Origin: Mobula hypostoma
Taxonomy: Eukaryota
DNA: 64,000 nucleotides
Direction: 5' to 3'
NCBI RefSeq assembly: GCF_963921235.1
Contig: NC_086097.1
Location: 109,246,001-109,310,000 of the forward strand
Each line of letters begins with the position of its first letter. The stretch's first letter is position 1. The position numbers and the translations under genes were made by a program. Of this stretch, positions 50,791-61,064 are shown one piece after another. The notes below the pieces were generated by a model. That model did not search any database, was not told the DNA's origin, and saw nothing but the letters and a program-made list of their open reading frames with translations.

Positions 50791-51660
50791 CAAAGAACAG
50801 TTATTATCAAAGTCTGCGTGCAGTATATAGCCCTGAGATTTGTTTTCCCACAGACAGCATGAAACAAAGAAACCCATGGAACCTGTTCCAGGAGAAACGT
50901 CAAACCCCCAACGCACAAAAAAAAAACAAATTGTGCAAACAGCAATAGAGTGAAAAGCACAAAATATGAAACACCAAGCCACAATGTCATCAAAAGAGTC
51001 CAGACATATTTACTTTAGCTGAGTTCAGTTCAATCTAGCACTGTGTCATTCAGACCACAGAGACTGGCTGCCCTGTTCAAAATTGCACAAAATAGCAACA
51101 AAAAAAGGAGCAACCAGAAACCAGAAACACATCATTCCCTGAACTACAGAGTCCGATCGGTAAACATGTTGATTAAACCTTGCCCCCATGACCCAGGACT
51201 CCAGCACCATCCTCTTGCAGCATCTAGTAAGAGGGGGAAAGAGAGACCATTTGAACACACGGACCATCCTCCGGGAGCAGCAGGCTAGAGGGAGAGAGAG
51301 AGAATGAAAACGCTGGACACTTGCCTGCATTCTGCTCTCATCCATGATGATTTTCAATCTTCCTCAATGCTTTAATCAGCGGGATCAGCGAGAAATAGAG
51401 TCGAACATGGGCTTGCGCACCATCTCCAGGCTTCTTGGCCTTGAGACCGCACACTTCGCTTGAAATCTCACCAATCCCCATCCGAGAAAACAAAACACCA
51501 GATCGCTTAATCGGCCTGAAAACACAGCAACAGTAGTAGAACCACATTTGAACTAAAAAGAGGATGTAAAAGAAAGCTGTAAAATAAAGAAAGAAGTAGT
51601 TTTGTGAATCCTCTGAAATAAATTGTCCTTGATCATGTTCTTCACTGACGCCATTTTCTT
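50791..51660 (-). mobile_element. Non-coding retroposon with a Rex1-type 3' tail
   Basis: Minus strand starts AAAATGGCGTCAG and ends 'aatctcagggctatatac...actttgataataac...tttga'; it splits the left inverted-repeat arm. Confidence 0.6.
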
Positions 51661-52114
51661 TAGGAAAGGATTTGAATGTCTTTAAGCAATGTGACCCTTT
51701 GGGTTCCATTACTGTAGTGATTTAACATGCAGCATGCAGAGCAGAATAATGCACTGGGAACACTGATGCCTCCAAAAGGCGTTTGGTTTCTTGGAGATTC
51801 TCTCAGAGTGAACATATTTTGTTGAAGAATATGCACCTGGACTGAAACATCATATTTATTTACCCATGTTGTTCCCCCTTTAACAGAAAGAGACCACAAT
51901 TAACAAGCTTTACTGACTGACTGATTTTCAAAGTTTCCTCCACCTTTACTGTATGTCGCTTGTATCTGCTATAATTGTTCATTTTGATCAGCATATATTT
52001 TTGGTGTACATATGTTTCTGGCCTCGATAAAGCTATCTCTTTTTGCCTCTGTTCAGTTATGCTGTATTGCCACTTCACTCGGAAGCCTCCAGTATTCTGT
52101 TACTACTCCTGTGG

Positions 52115-53045
52115 TGAGTGAAAATCAGAGATCATAGCTAATGGTGTAGCAATCTCTTCCCTCACTTCCCATGGTAACCTGAGATATATTCTGTCTGGCC
52201 CAGGGAACTTAAACGATCGTAATATTTTTCAAAAGTTCCAGCACATTCTCTTTCTGAATATCTTCACATTCCAGCATATTTACCTGTTCTACGCTGTACC
52301 CACATTTATCACGGCACTTCTCAGTGTAAATACTGAAGCAAAGTATTCATTAAAGGCCTCTCCTACCTCCTCCACCTCCATGCACGCATTTGTCCTTTAT
52401 CCTTGATCAGACCTACCTTCACTCCAGTCATCCTCCTGTTTTTCACATACATGTCAAACCCTTGGAGTTTTCCTTAATCCTGCTCACAAAGGCCTTCTCA
52501 TGTCCCTTTGTAATTTCCTAAGTCCCTCCTTAAGCACCTTCCTGGCTACCTCATAACTCTCAAGAACCTTGATTCCTACTTCCTATGCTTTGTATGCTTC
52601 CTTCTACCTCTTGACTGGGTGTTCCACATCTCTTGTTAATAATGGTTTCTTCACTTTTCCTGCTTCAACCCTATCTAGAATCCTATACAAGGCTCCCTAA
52701 ACAAACTTCACATTTCCATTGTGCACTTCCATGTGTGTATCTGTTCCCAATTTGTGCTCTCAAGTCCCTGCCTAATAGCATCATAATTTTCTCTCCCCCT
52801 TTTAAATACTTCCCCATACCATCGGCTCCTATACCTGTCCAAAGCTATGGAAAAGGTCAGGGAGTTGTGGTCACTCTCTCCTAAATGAGAGAACTATCAC
52901 CTGTCCATGTTCACTGGCTAGTACCAGATCCAGTGTGGCCCCTCCTCTGATTGGCCTGTCCACACATTATTTCAGCAGTCCTTCACACCTAACAAATTCT
53001 GTCCCAACTAAATCTTTTGCACTAAGAAGGTGCCAATCTATATTA
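52115..53045 (-). mobile_element. Degenerate CR1 ORF2 fragment
   Basis: Similar to 41530-42000 and 45470-45960 ('atactgaagcaaagtattcatt', 'tttccttaatcctg'). Confidence 0.75.
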
Positions 53046-53752
53046 CGGAATTTTCTTGTACTGAAATTAAATGGCTTGCATAAGCCATTCCGAATCACTC
53101 AGCCACACTTACAGAATAATTACTGGAAATACATCTCTCTTACCGCAAATGCCCTCAAGAAAATGAATCTCAGGGTAGTACTTGGAGATGTATATGTACT
53201 TTGATAATAAATTTACTTATTTGAACTTTAATACACTATGTTCTCAACTTCAATCGACCTGGAGTCATTGCATGAGCTGTATCTTGCATTCAGTATGTCT
53301 TCACTTCATTGCAAGAGTCATGATGTCTGTTTTGTTTCAATGGCTTTTCTACTAGCCGCCTTTCTGGTTCAACTTTCCTCCCAGACAAAGACTCAGACAT
53401 GTCCTGGGTACTCTATATATCTGCACATGTAAGTCGGTCCTTTCATGGAATATATGCTGTCAACTTGTAGATCAGAATAAACCCTACATGTTTATACTTC
53501 AAGTCAAAACCAGATGTGCCTTGCATTAGTTGTTTCTTTAGAGGGGCTTTCATTATTTAATACTCATTCGGATTCTGTCTGAGGATGAATGTGAAGTCAA
53601 GTGTGATTTCTGAATGGACATTGAACCCTTACTTATACATACTTCCTGTACTTCACAGTTTTCATTATTATGTACTGCATTGTACAGCTGCTGCAAAAAC
53701 AACTAATTTCATGATAAATGCAGGTGACATTAAACCTGATTCTGATTCTGAA

Positions 53753-55135
53753 CAACATACATCAAAGTTGCTGGTGAACGCAGCAGGCCAAGCAGCATCT
53801 GTAGGAAGAGGTGCAGTCGACGTTTCAGGCCGAGCCCCTTCGTCAGGACTAACTGAAGGAAGAGTGAGTAAGGGATTTGAAAGTTGGAGGGGGAGGGGGA
53901 GATCCAAAATGATAGGAGAAGACAGGAGGGGGAGGGATAGAGCCGAGAGCTGGACAGGTGATAGGCAAAAGGGGATATGAGAGGATCATGGGACAGGAGG
54001 TCCGGGAAGAAAGACAAGGGGGGGGTGACCCAGAGGATGGGCAAGAGGTATATTCAGAGGGACAGAGGGAGAAAAAGGAGAGTGAGAGAAAGAATGTGTG
54101 CATAAAAATGAGTAACAGATGGGGTACGAGGGGGAGGTGGGGCCTTAGCGGAAGTTAGAGAAGTCGATGTTCATGCCATGAGGTTGGAGGCTACCCAGAC
54201 GGAATATAAGGTGTTGTTCCTTCAACCTGAGTGTGGCTTCATCTTTACAGTAGAGGAGGCCGTGGATAGACATGTCAGAATGGGAATGGGATGTGGAATT
54301 AAAATGTGTGGCCACTGGGAGATCCTGCTTTCTCTGGCGGACAGAGCGTAGATGTTCAGCAAAGTGGTCTCCCAGTCTGCGTCGGGTCTCGCCAATATAT
54401 AAAAGGCCACATCGGGAGCACCGGACGCAGTATATCACCCCAGTCGACTCACAGGTGAAGTGATGCCTCACCTGGAAGGACTGTTTGGGGCCCTGAATGG
54501 TGGTAAGGGAGGAAGTGTAAGGGCATGTGTAGCACTTGTTCCGCTTACACGGATAAGTGCCAGGAGGGAGATCAGTGGGGAGGGATGGGGGGTACAAATG
54601 GACAAGGGAGTTGTGTAGGGAGCTATCCCTGTGGAATGCAGAGAGAGGGGGGGAGGGAAAGATGTGCTTAGTGGTGGGATCCCGTTGGAGGTGGCGGAAG
54701 TTACGGAGAATAATATGTTGGACCCGGAGGCTGATGGGGTGGTAGGTGTGGACCAGGGGAACCCTATTCCTAGTGGGGTGGTGGGAGGATGGAGTGAGAG
54801 CAGATGTACGTGAAATGGGGGAGATGCGTTTAAGAGCAGAGTTGATAGTGGAGGAAGGGAAGCCCCTTTCTTTAAAAAAGGAAGACATCTCCCTCGTCCT
54901 AGAATGAAAAGCCTCATCCTGAGAGCAGATACGGCGGAGACGGAGGAATTGCGAGAAGGGGATGGAGTTTTTGCAAGAGACAGGGTGAGAAGAGGAATAG
55001 TCCAGATAGCTGTGAGAGTCAGTAGGCTTATAGTAGACATCAGTGGATAAGCTGTCTCCAGAGACAGAGACAGAAAGATCTAGAAAGGGGAGGGAGGTGT
55101 CAGAAATGGACCATTTTGTAGGGAGCGATCCCTGC
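53753..55135 (-). mobile_element. Young 5'-truncated Penelope-like element with GIY-YIG endonuclease
   Basis: ORF 54145..54888 VIYCVRCSRCGLLYIGETRRRLGDHFAEH..VATHFN; 12-bp TSD TCTGATTCTGAA at 53741-53752 and 55136-55147. Confidence 0.94.
53815..53850 (-). ncRNA. Minimal type-I hammerhead ribozyme motif (best-preserved core)
   Basis: Minus strand AGTC-CTGACGA-AGG(GGCTCGG)CCT-GAAA-CG-TC-GACT; GUC cleavage triplet; palindromic ACGT in stem III. Confidence 0.72.
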
Positions 55136-55505
55136 TCTGATTCTGAATCTGTTGCTTCCTGAGGGACTGCATCAGGTACAATTTAGCTAATTTCAAATTG
55201 AACTTTTGGAACAAAATAGAAGTATGCTTGGCTTTACATTCATCCATAATCAAGTGATTATGATGTATCAGACCAGGTGTGTGTTCTTTAACAAAAAATG
55301 TTCACTCTGAGGAGAACTTCAGAGAAACCAAATGCCTTTTGGAGACACCTGTGTTTCCTGCCTATTAATCTGCATGCTGCATGTTACAACACTACAGATG
55401 TGGAACCCGTAGGGTCATGAAGTTTAAAGATATTCAAATCAATACTGGAACTAGAAAGTTCTCAAGCCAAGTGTAATTTTCCCAGGCTCTCGTGCTCTAT
55501 CTCTA

Positions 55506-55995
55506 CTACCATCCCTGGCAGTGGGTTCCATGCACTCATCACTCACTGTGTGAAAAAACCTACCTCAGATATGTCTCCTGTACTTTCCTCCAACCACCTT
55601 AAAATGATAGCCCCTTATTAAGGCAGAAGTATGCCACTAGGTCCCTCAAGCCTATCTGGCCATTTAATGTGATCATGACTGATATTTTCTGGCCTCAACC
55701 TTGCACCATTTCTCCATATCGTTCCATTCCCCAATGTAGCAAATATTTACCCACTTTCACTTTAAATACTGTGAATGGTCCAGTTTGCCACACCTGCCAG
55801 GGCAGAGAATTCCAAAGGTTCACCACCTGCTGTGAGAAGGAATTTCTATGTACTTCAGTTTTAAATATTTGCTTCTTATCTTGTATCGTGACCTCTTGTT
55901 TGTGATTCTCCAATTAGTGAAAACAGCCCAATATCCATCCTGTTGAGTTCCTTTAAGGGCTTATGCTTAAATAGGCCACCCCTCATTTTTCTAAT
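55506..55995 (-). mobile_element. Two CR1 3' fragments
   Basis: FKTEVHRNSFSQQVVNLWNSLP (ORF 55695..55913). Confidence 0.75.
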
Positions 55996-56129
55996 TTTTT
56001 TTGTGTACTGTCCAATACCCTGGCAGATTACTGAAGGACATTGTAATGGTGTTGCACTAACTGCTGAAGAAGAATGAAACACAGTGTTGTGGAAAGGAAA
56101 AACAAAACATTTGTAGGCCTCAGATGAAA

Positions 56130-56910
56130 AATGAATGGGCTGAACAAAGGCAAATAGAAGTTAATGCAGTGAAGTGTGAGGTGTTGTACTTCAGGAGGAC
56201 AAACTAGGGTAAGACTTACACAGTGATTGGTAGGACACTGAGGTGTGCAGAAGAACAAAGGGACCTGGGAATACAGATCCGTAACTCCTTAAAAGGGGCA
56301 CCACATGTAGATATGGTCATAGAGGGAGCTTTTGGCACATCGGCCTTCAAAAATCAGTGCATTGAGTACAGATGTTGGGATGTTATGCTGAAGTTGTAGA
56401 AGATGACGGTGAGGCCCAGTTTGGAATCTCGCATTCATTTTTGGTCACCTATCTACGGGAAGGATGCCAATAAGGTTGAAAGAGTGCAGAGAAATCTGAC
56501 ATGGATGTTGCTGGGACTTGAAGACCCGAGTTATTGAGTATGATAGGACTCTGTTACCTGGAGTGCAGGAGAATGAGGGGAAATTTGATAGAGGTGTTCA
56601 AAATTGTCATGGATATAGGTAGGGTGAATACACGTAGGCTTTTTCCCTGAGGGTGGGTGTGACTAGGCCATGGGTTTAGGGTGAAAGGTGAAATATTTAC
56701 GGGGAATCTAAGGGGGAACTACTCACTCAAAGAGTGGCACGAGCGTGAACTGTGCTGCCAGCAGAAGTGGCAGATGTGGGTTCAATTGTAATATTTAAGG
56801 GAAGTTTGGATAGGTACATTGATGGGAGGGGTATAAAGGGGTATATTCTGGGTGCAGGTAGATGGGACTAAGCCGAAAACCAGGCTGGCAAGGTCTAGAT
56901 GAGCCAAGTT
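56130..56910 (+). mobile_element. Degenerate CR1 3' fragment
   Basis: Homologous to 44630-45400 (KCEVLYFRRTN, FWSPIYGKDANKVERVQR). Confidence 0.82.
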
Positions 56911-57584
56911 TCATTGCTATAGCACTTCATAGTGATTCCTTCTAATCAATGGCCTTCAGGCTTGTTACAGCAGGTTTCATCATGATCAACAGAAGGTGGT
57001 GAGCATGACTGTATGATCCAGGTAGTATGTCAATCTCATCTGTAACTATTACTAGATTAATCATACCAGCAAGGTTACAGTCCTGAGCCCTACATCCTAG
57101 AACGAAGCAGCCATTCTGCTCACCCAGCTCACCCAACCCCCTCTGCCAGAGGTAGGCTCTCCACACCGAGCCGTGGGGCAGCACCACGGGCCTGGCATGG
57201 TGGCACTGCATTTATATCTAATATATAAAGACCATTTTAGTGCTAATTTAATTATTGCTGGTTTTTCTGAGGATACATCCAAAGCCCTTAGTAAGGTCTG
57301 GGTAAGTGTAGAGAATTCCTTTACTCCCCAGACCTGTATTTTGTAGTTGAGTGATCATCTTTGAGAGTTATGATAGGATTGCTGGTCTCTGGCCTGTCCT
57401 TGCAGCTACGCCATTTATACTCTCGTCAAGTTGAATTTCTGGTCAATGCAGACCCACGAGGTTATGACTGTGACTGACTTGGTGATGAAAGTTCACTTTA
57501 ATAGCTAGGGTAAGTGTGTACTATCCTGTTGGAGATGCTATTTTGTGGCACAAATTTTGGAATCATAGACTCGTACATTGTGTA

Positions 57585-57940
57585 GCAGCACACTCGAAAT
57601 GCTGGAGGAACTCAGCAGGCCAAGCAGCACCTATGGAAAAGAGTACAGTCGAGACACTTCAGCAGGACTGGAGAAAAAAAAGAGACGCCTTCATACAACG
57701 TGGCACATTGCTTACATATTGCTGCCCTGATGCAATGTGTAAGTAGCCCATTCAGCCTACCACTGACGAGTGGGCACCAGTCTGTATTCCCTCTTCTACC
57801 CCCTTCCCTTCTAGTCCTGATAAAGGGTCTCAGCATGAAACATCGACTGTTTATTCCCCTCCATAGATGCCACCTTACTTGCCGAGTTCCTTCAGCATTT
57901 TGTGTATCGCTCTGGATTTCCAGCATCTGCAGAATCTTTT
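57585..57940. mobile_element. Penelope pLTR fragments in both orientations
   Basis: 'tgctggaggaactcagcaggcc' (minus-type) and 'agtcctgataaagggtctc..gatttccagcatctgcag' (plus). Confidence 0.65.
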
Positions 57941-59714
57941 GTGCTAATGGGTCTGTATTAATCCCATCTTCAGCATTTGACCTGAACTCTTCTGTGTTTT
58001 GATGATTTAAATGCTTATCTAGATCGCAGTTCTGATGCCAATATTTAGTACCACAGCCAGGTTGATGACTGGTGCCTTAGCCTTTGCTGCATGCAGTAGT
58101 TTAACCATTCCTTGAAATTGTTTTAAAATGAATCAAATCAGCTGAAGACTGACTTCTTTTACAGTAGGAGTCCTGAGATGGGTGAAAACTCAGCACATCT
58201 TGTTGAAATGTTTAAAGATAAGGGGTTGTTTGTTTGAAACAAAATGTGGTCTTTCAAGAGTTTGAGACTTCGGAAATCTCTTCCTTGCAGTCGGGTAGAT
58301 GCTGAGTCCTTGCATATACATATTTTTCAGGAGGTAGATGGTTGACATTCAGTGGGTTAGAGGTCAGAGCAGGTGGATGCATATGCTGAATTGAGGTTTT
58401 TGTAAAATCAGTGATAATCATATTAAGTGATGAAGTAGTGGCCTACTCCTGTTCATAACTCAAAATATTTTTGTGCTAGTGCATGATATTTTATTGATGT
58501 CTTGAGTTCATACAATACTGAACATCAGACATTCTGCAGAACACTTCAAGATGCTTCTGTTTTGTCTGCTTGAGAATCCCTGTGTAACTTCTATGTTAAG
58601 CTGCCAACAACTGCATGTCTCCAGTTTTCAATGCACTACCCAGCACAAAGAGAGGTATGGATTAGGTTGAGAAACCTCCTTACTCTCCAACTCTTCCTGA
58701 AACTAGGAGACTGAAATGTCACAAGCTTCCTGAAGCTGATAGAACAATATTAGATCCTTTGACTGATGGCATCTACCACAAGGGCTTTGTGCTCAGAAGC
58801 TAGTGCAAGCTGTAGTTTCATAGGATGATAATGCTGGCCTCAGATAGGGCACTCTGTTGCTGAAACTTATCACTGCCCTAGATCTCTGGGAAGTTCACAA
58901 TCCTAGTTGTTGCGCATCCTTGTTAAACCACGATCCCTTCTCCAGAAGGTAATAAGATTGTCAGAGATGGCCACAATGTATGGCGAGCTGAAAACAGGGA
59001 AATGTGATTTGGATCAGTTGATACTGCTTGGAATGATCTGGACGTGAATTTCGAGTAATAATGACCTTCACTGGAACAATTAGACCAATACATGTACCGC
59101 TGCACTGGAACTCTGCAGGAAGTTACACTTCTCTGCGACCACTGTATTAGTAAATCGTAGACTCTAGATTCATTGTTTTTTATAGAACTGGAGATAGGAG
59201 CACATTTCTGGAGAAGGAGCTGTAATACCAATAGCCATTCTTGTCAAGCATATGAGGGCTTCAATCTGATGAGTTCAGTTTTGTTGTGCCATTTCCTCTT
59301 AGTACCTCTTGTACATAAACCCTAGTGAAAATACCACTGAAACAACTATTTTTTGTGCTTTACTTCTGCAGTGTTGTCTGGATTTCAAAATGGCTCTAAC
59401 AGTGCATCTACTGTCCAAGATAGTGAGCGTCCGGTAAGATGCAATGCTTGATCAAAACTTCTAAAAATGGCGGGCATTGCTGCACTGTGTATAATACTTT
59501 TTATTAATTGCATATCCTGACATACATCACAGGCAATCTTTCTGTTCAAGTTTACACTTCAGTTGCGTGAGCTCTGTCATGCATACTGATGTGCCCGCAT
59601 GCGCACACACACACACATGCACACACAAGTGCACACACAGGATGAATGCAAACGTAACTAGAAAAGTCTTGGATTATGCACAATATTCACAATTAACACA
59701 TATTAAAATATTCA

Positions 59715-60870
59715 CAACATTCCCCTCAATAACAAGTATACTGTTTTGGATACTGTTAGAGAGGTGAGGGGAATGACCTAGCATAGGAAAGCCACAGTGG
59801 TCAGGTCTCCGGCAGTGAGTCTGGTTCTGTGACTCAGGATGGAAGTGCGGGGAGAAGAGGCTAGATGTGGTAATAGGAGATTCAATGGTTAGTGGACCAG
59901 ACAGGAGGTTCTGTGGAGGAGAACAAGTTCCAAGATGATGTGTTACCTCCTGAGTGCCAGGATCAGGGACAACGAGGATCGAGCGCATAGCATTAAGTGG
60001 GGGGGGTGAACAGCTAGAGGTCACGGTCCATGTTGGTACCAATGACATGGGTAGGATGGGTGCCAAGGTCCTGCAAAGTGAGTTTTGGGAGATAAGTGCT
60101 AAATTTAAGGACGGGACATCAAGGGTTATGAGCTCAATATTGCTACCCGTGCTATGTAGTAATGAGGCCTAAAATAGGAAGAAAATATAGTTTAACGTGT
60201 GGCTAAGGAGATGATGCAGGAGGGAGGGCTTCAGATTTTTGGATCACTGGGGTCTTTTTCAGGGAAGATTGGACCTATACTGGTTGGACAGTTTGCACCT
60301 GAACTGGAGGGGGACTAATATTGTTGTGGGAAGGTTGGCCAGCGCTGCACTGAGGAGCTTAACCTAGAGCTACAGGGGGACAGGGCTCATCAGCCAGGTT
60401 GATAGCCCACCTAGGAGAAGGTGAGCTATATCGTATATATCCATATCGTGCTGCCCTGGTTAGTGCACTGACCTGCGTATCACATAGGCAGCTGGGATGC
60501 ACCATCCATGGTATTTACAACCTATGGAGGGCTTCAAGCAGGGGGATGAGCAAATAGTGGAGTGGTTGTGGGAAACAAAGTTGTTAAGCCCACATACAAA
60601 GTCAGGAACTGAAAGGTTGAAGGTGGTAGGAATAACATTTTGAGTTGAGTTTATTTCAATGCGAGGTGTATTTTAGGTAAGGTGAATGAGTTTAGAGCAT
60701 GGATCAGCACATGGAATTATGACGTTGGAGTGATTAAAGAGATTAAACTGATGGAGGGGCATGTTCTGGCATTTCATTGTTTTAGACATAATGGATGGGG
60801 AGCAATTAAAGGGGAAGAGGTGACATTACTAGTTAAGGAAAATGTCACGGCAGTGCTCAGACAGAACAGG
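59715..60870 (+). mobile_element. Degenerate CR1 ORF1 esterase and ORF2 start
   Basis: VIGDSMV, EQLEVTVHVGTNDMGR, LHLNWRGT, FRAWISTWNYDV. Confidence 0.8.
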
Positions 60871-61064
60871 CTTCAGATCCCCTGATGAAGTCTGGCTCGT
60901 GAACCTCTGGTTTCCTCCTCCTATAGTCAATAATAAACTCCTTGGTCTTGCTGACATTGAGTAAGAGGTTGTTGTTGTGGCACCACTCAACGAGATTTCA
61001 AACCAGATGGCATGGACATCAATTTCTCTAATTTCCGGTAATTTTCCCCTCCCCTTTCCTCTTA

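Larger units (their letters stand above)
50720..55505. repeat. Long diverged inverted-repeat pair (left arm 50720-50790 plus 51668-51853; right arm 55259-55505)
   Basis: The reverse complement of 55259-55505 aligns colinearly with the left arm (shared 'taacatgcagcatgcaga', 'ctccaaaaggc.tttggtttct', 'ctcagagtgaacat', 'gagcac.agagcctgg'). Confidence 0.85.

Noticed and set aside
58560..59330. Possible host exon(s), including ORF 58923..59231
   Set aside because: No recognisable protein and stops in the frames I read. A plus-strand stretch (MYGELKTGK) weakly suggests an ancient RTE remnant, too weak to call.
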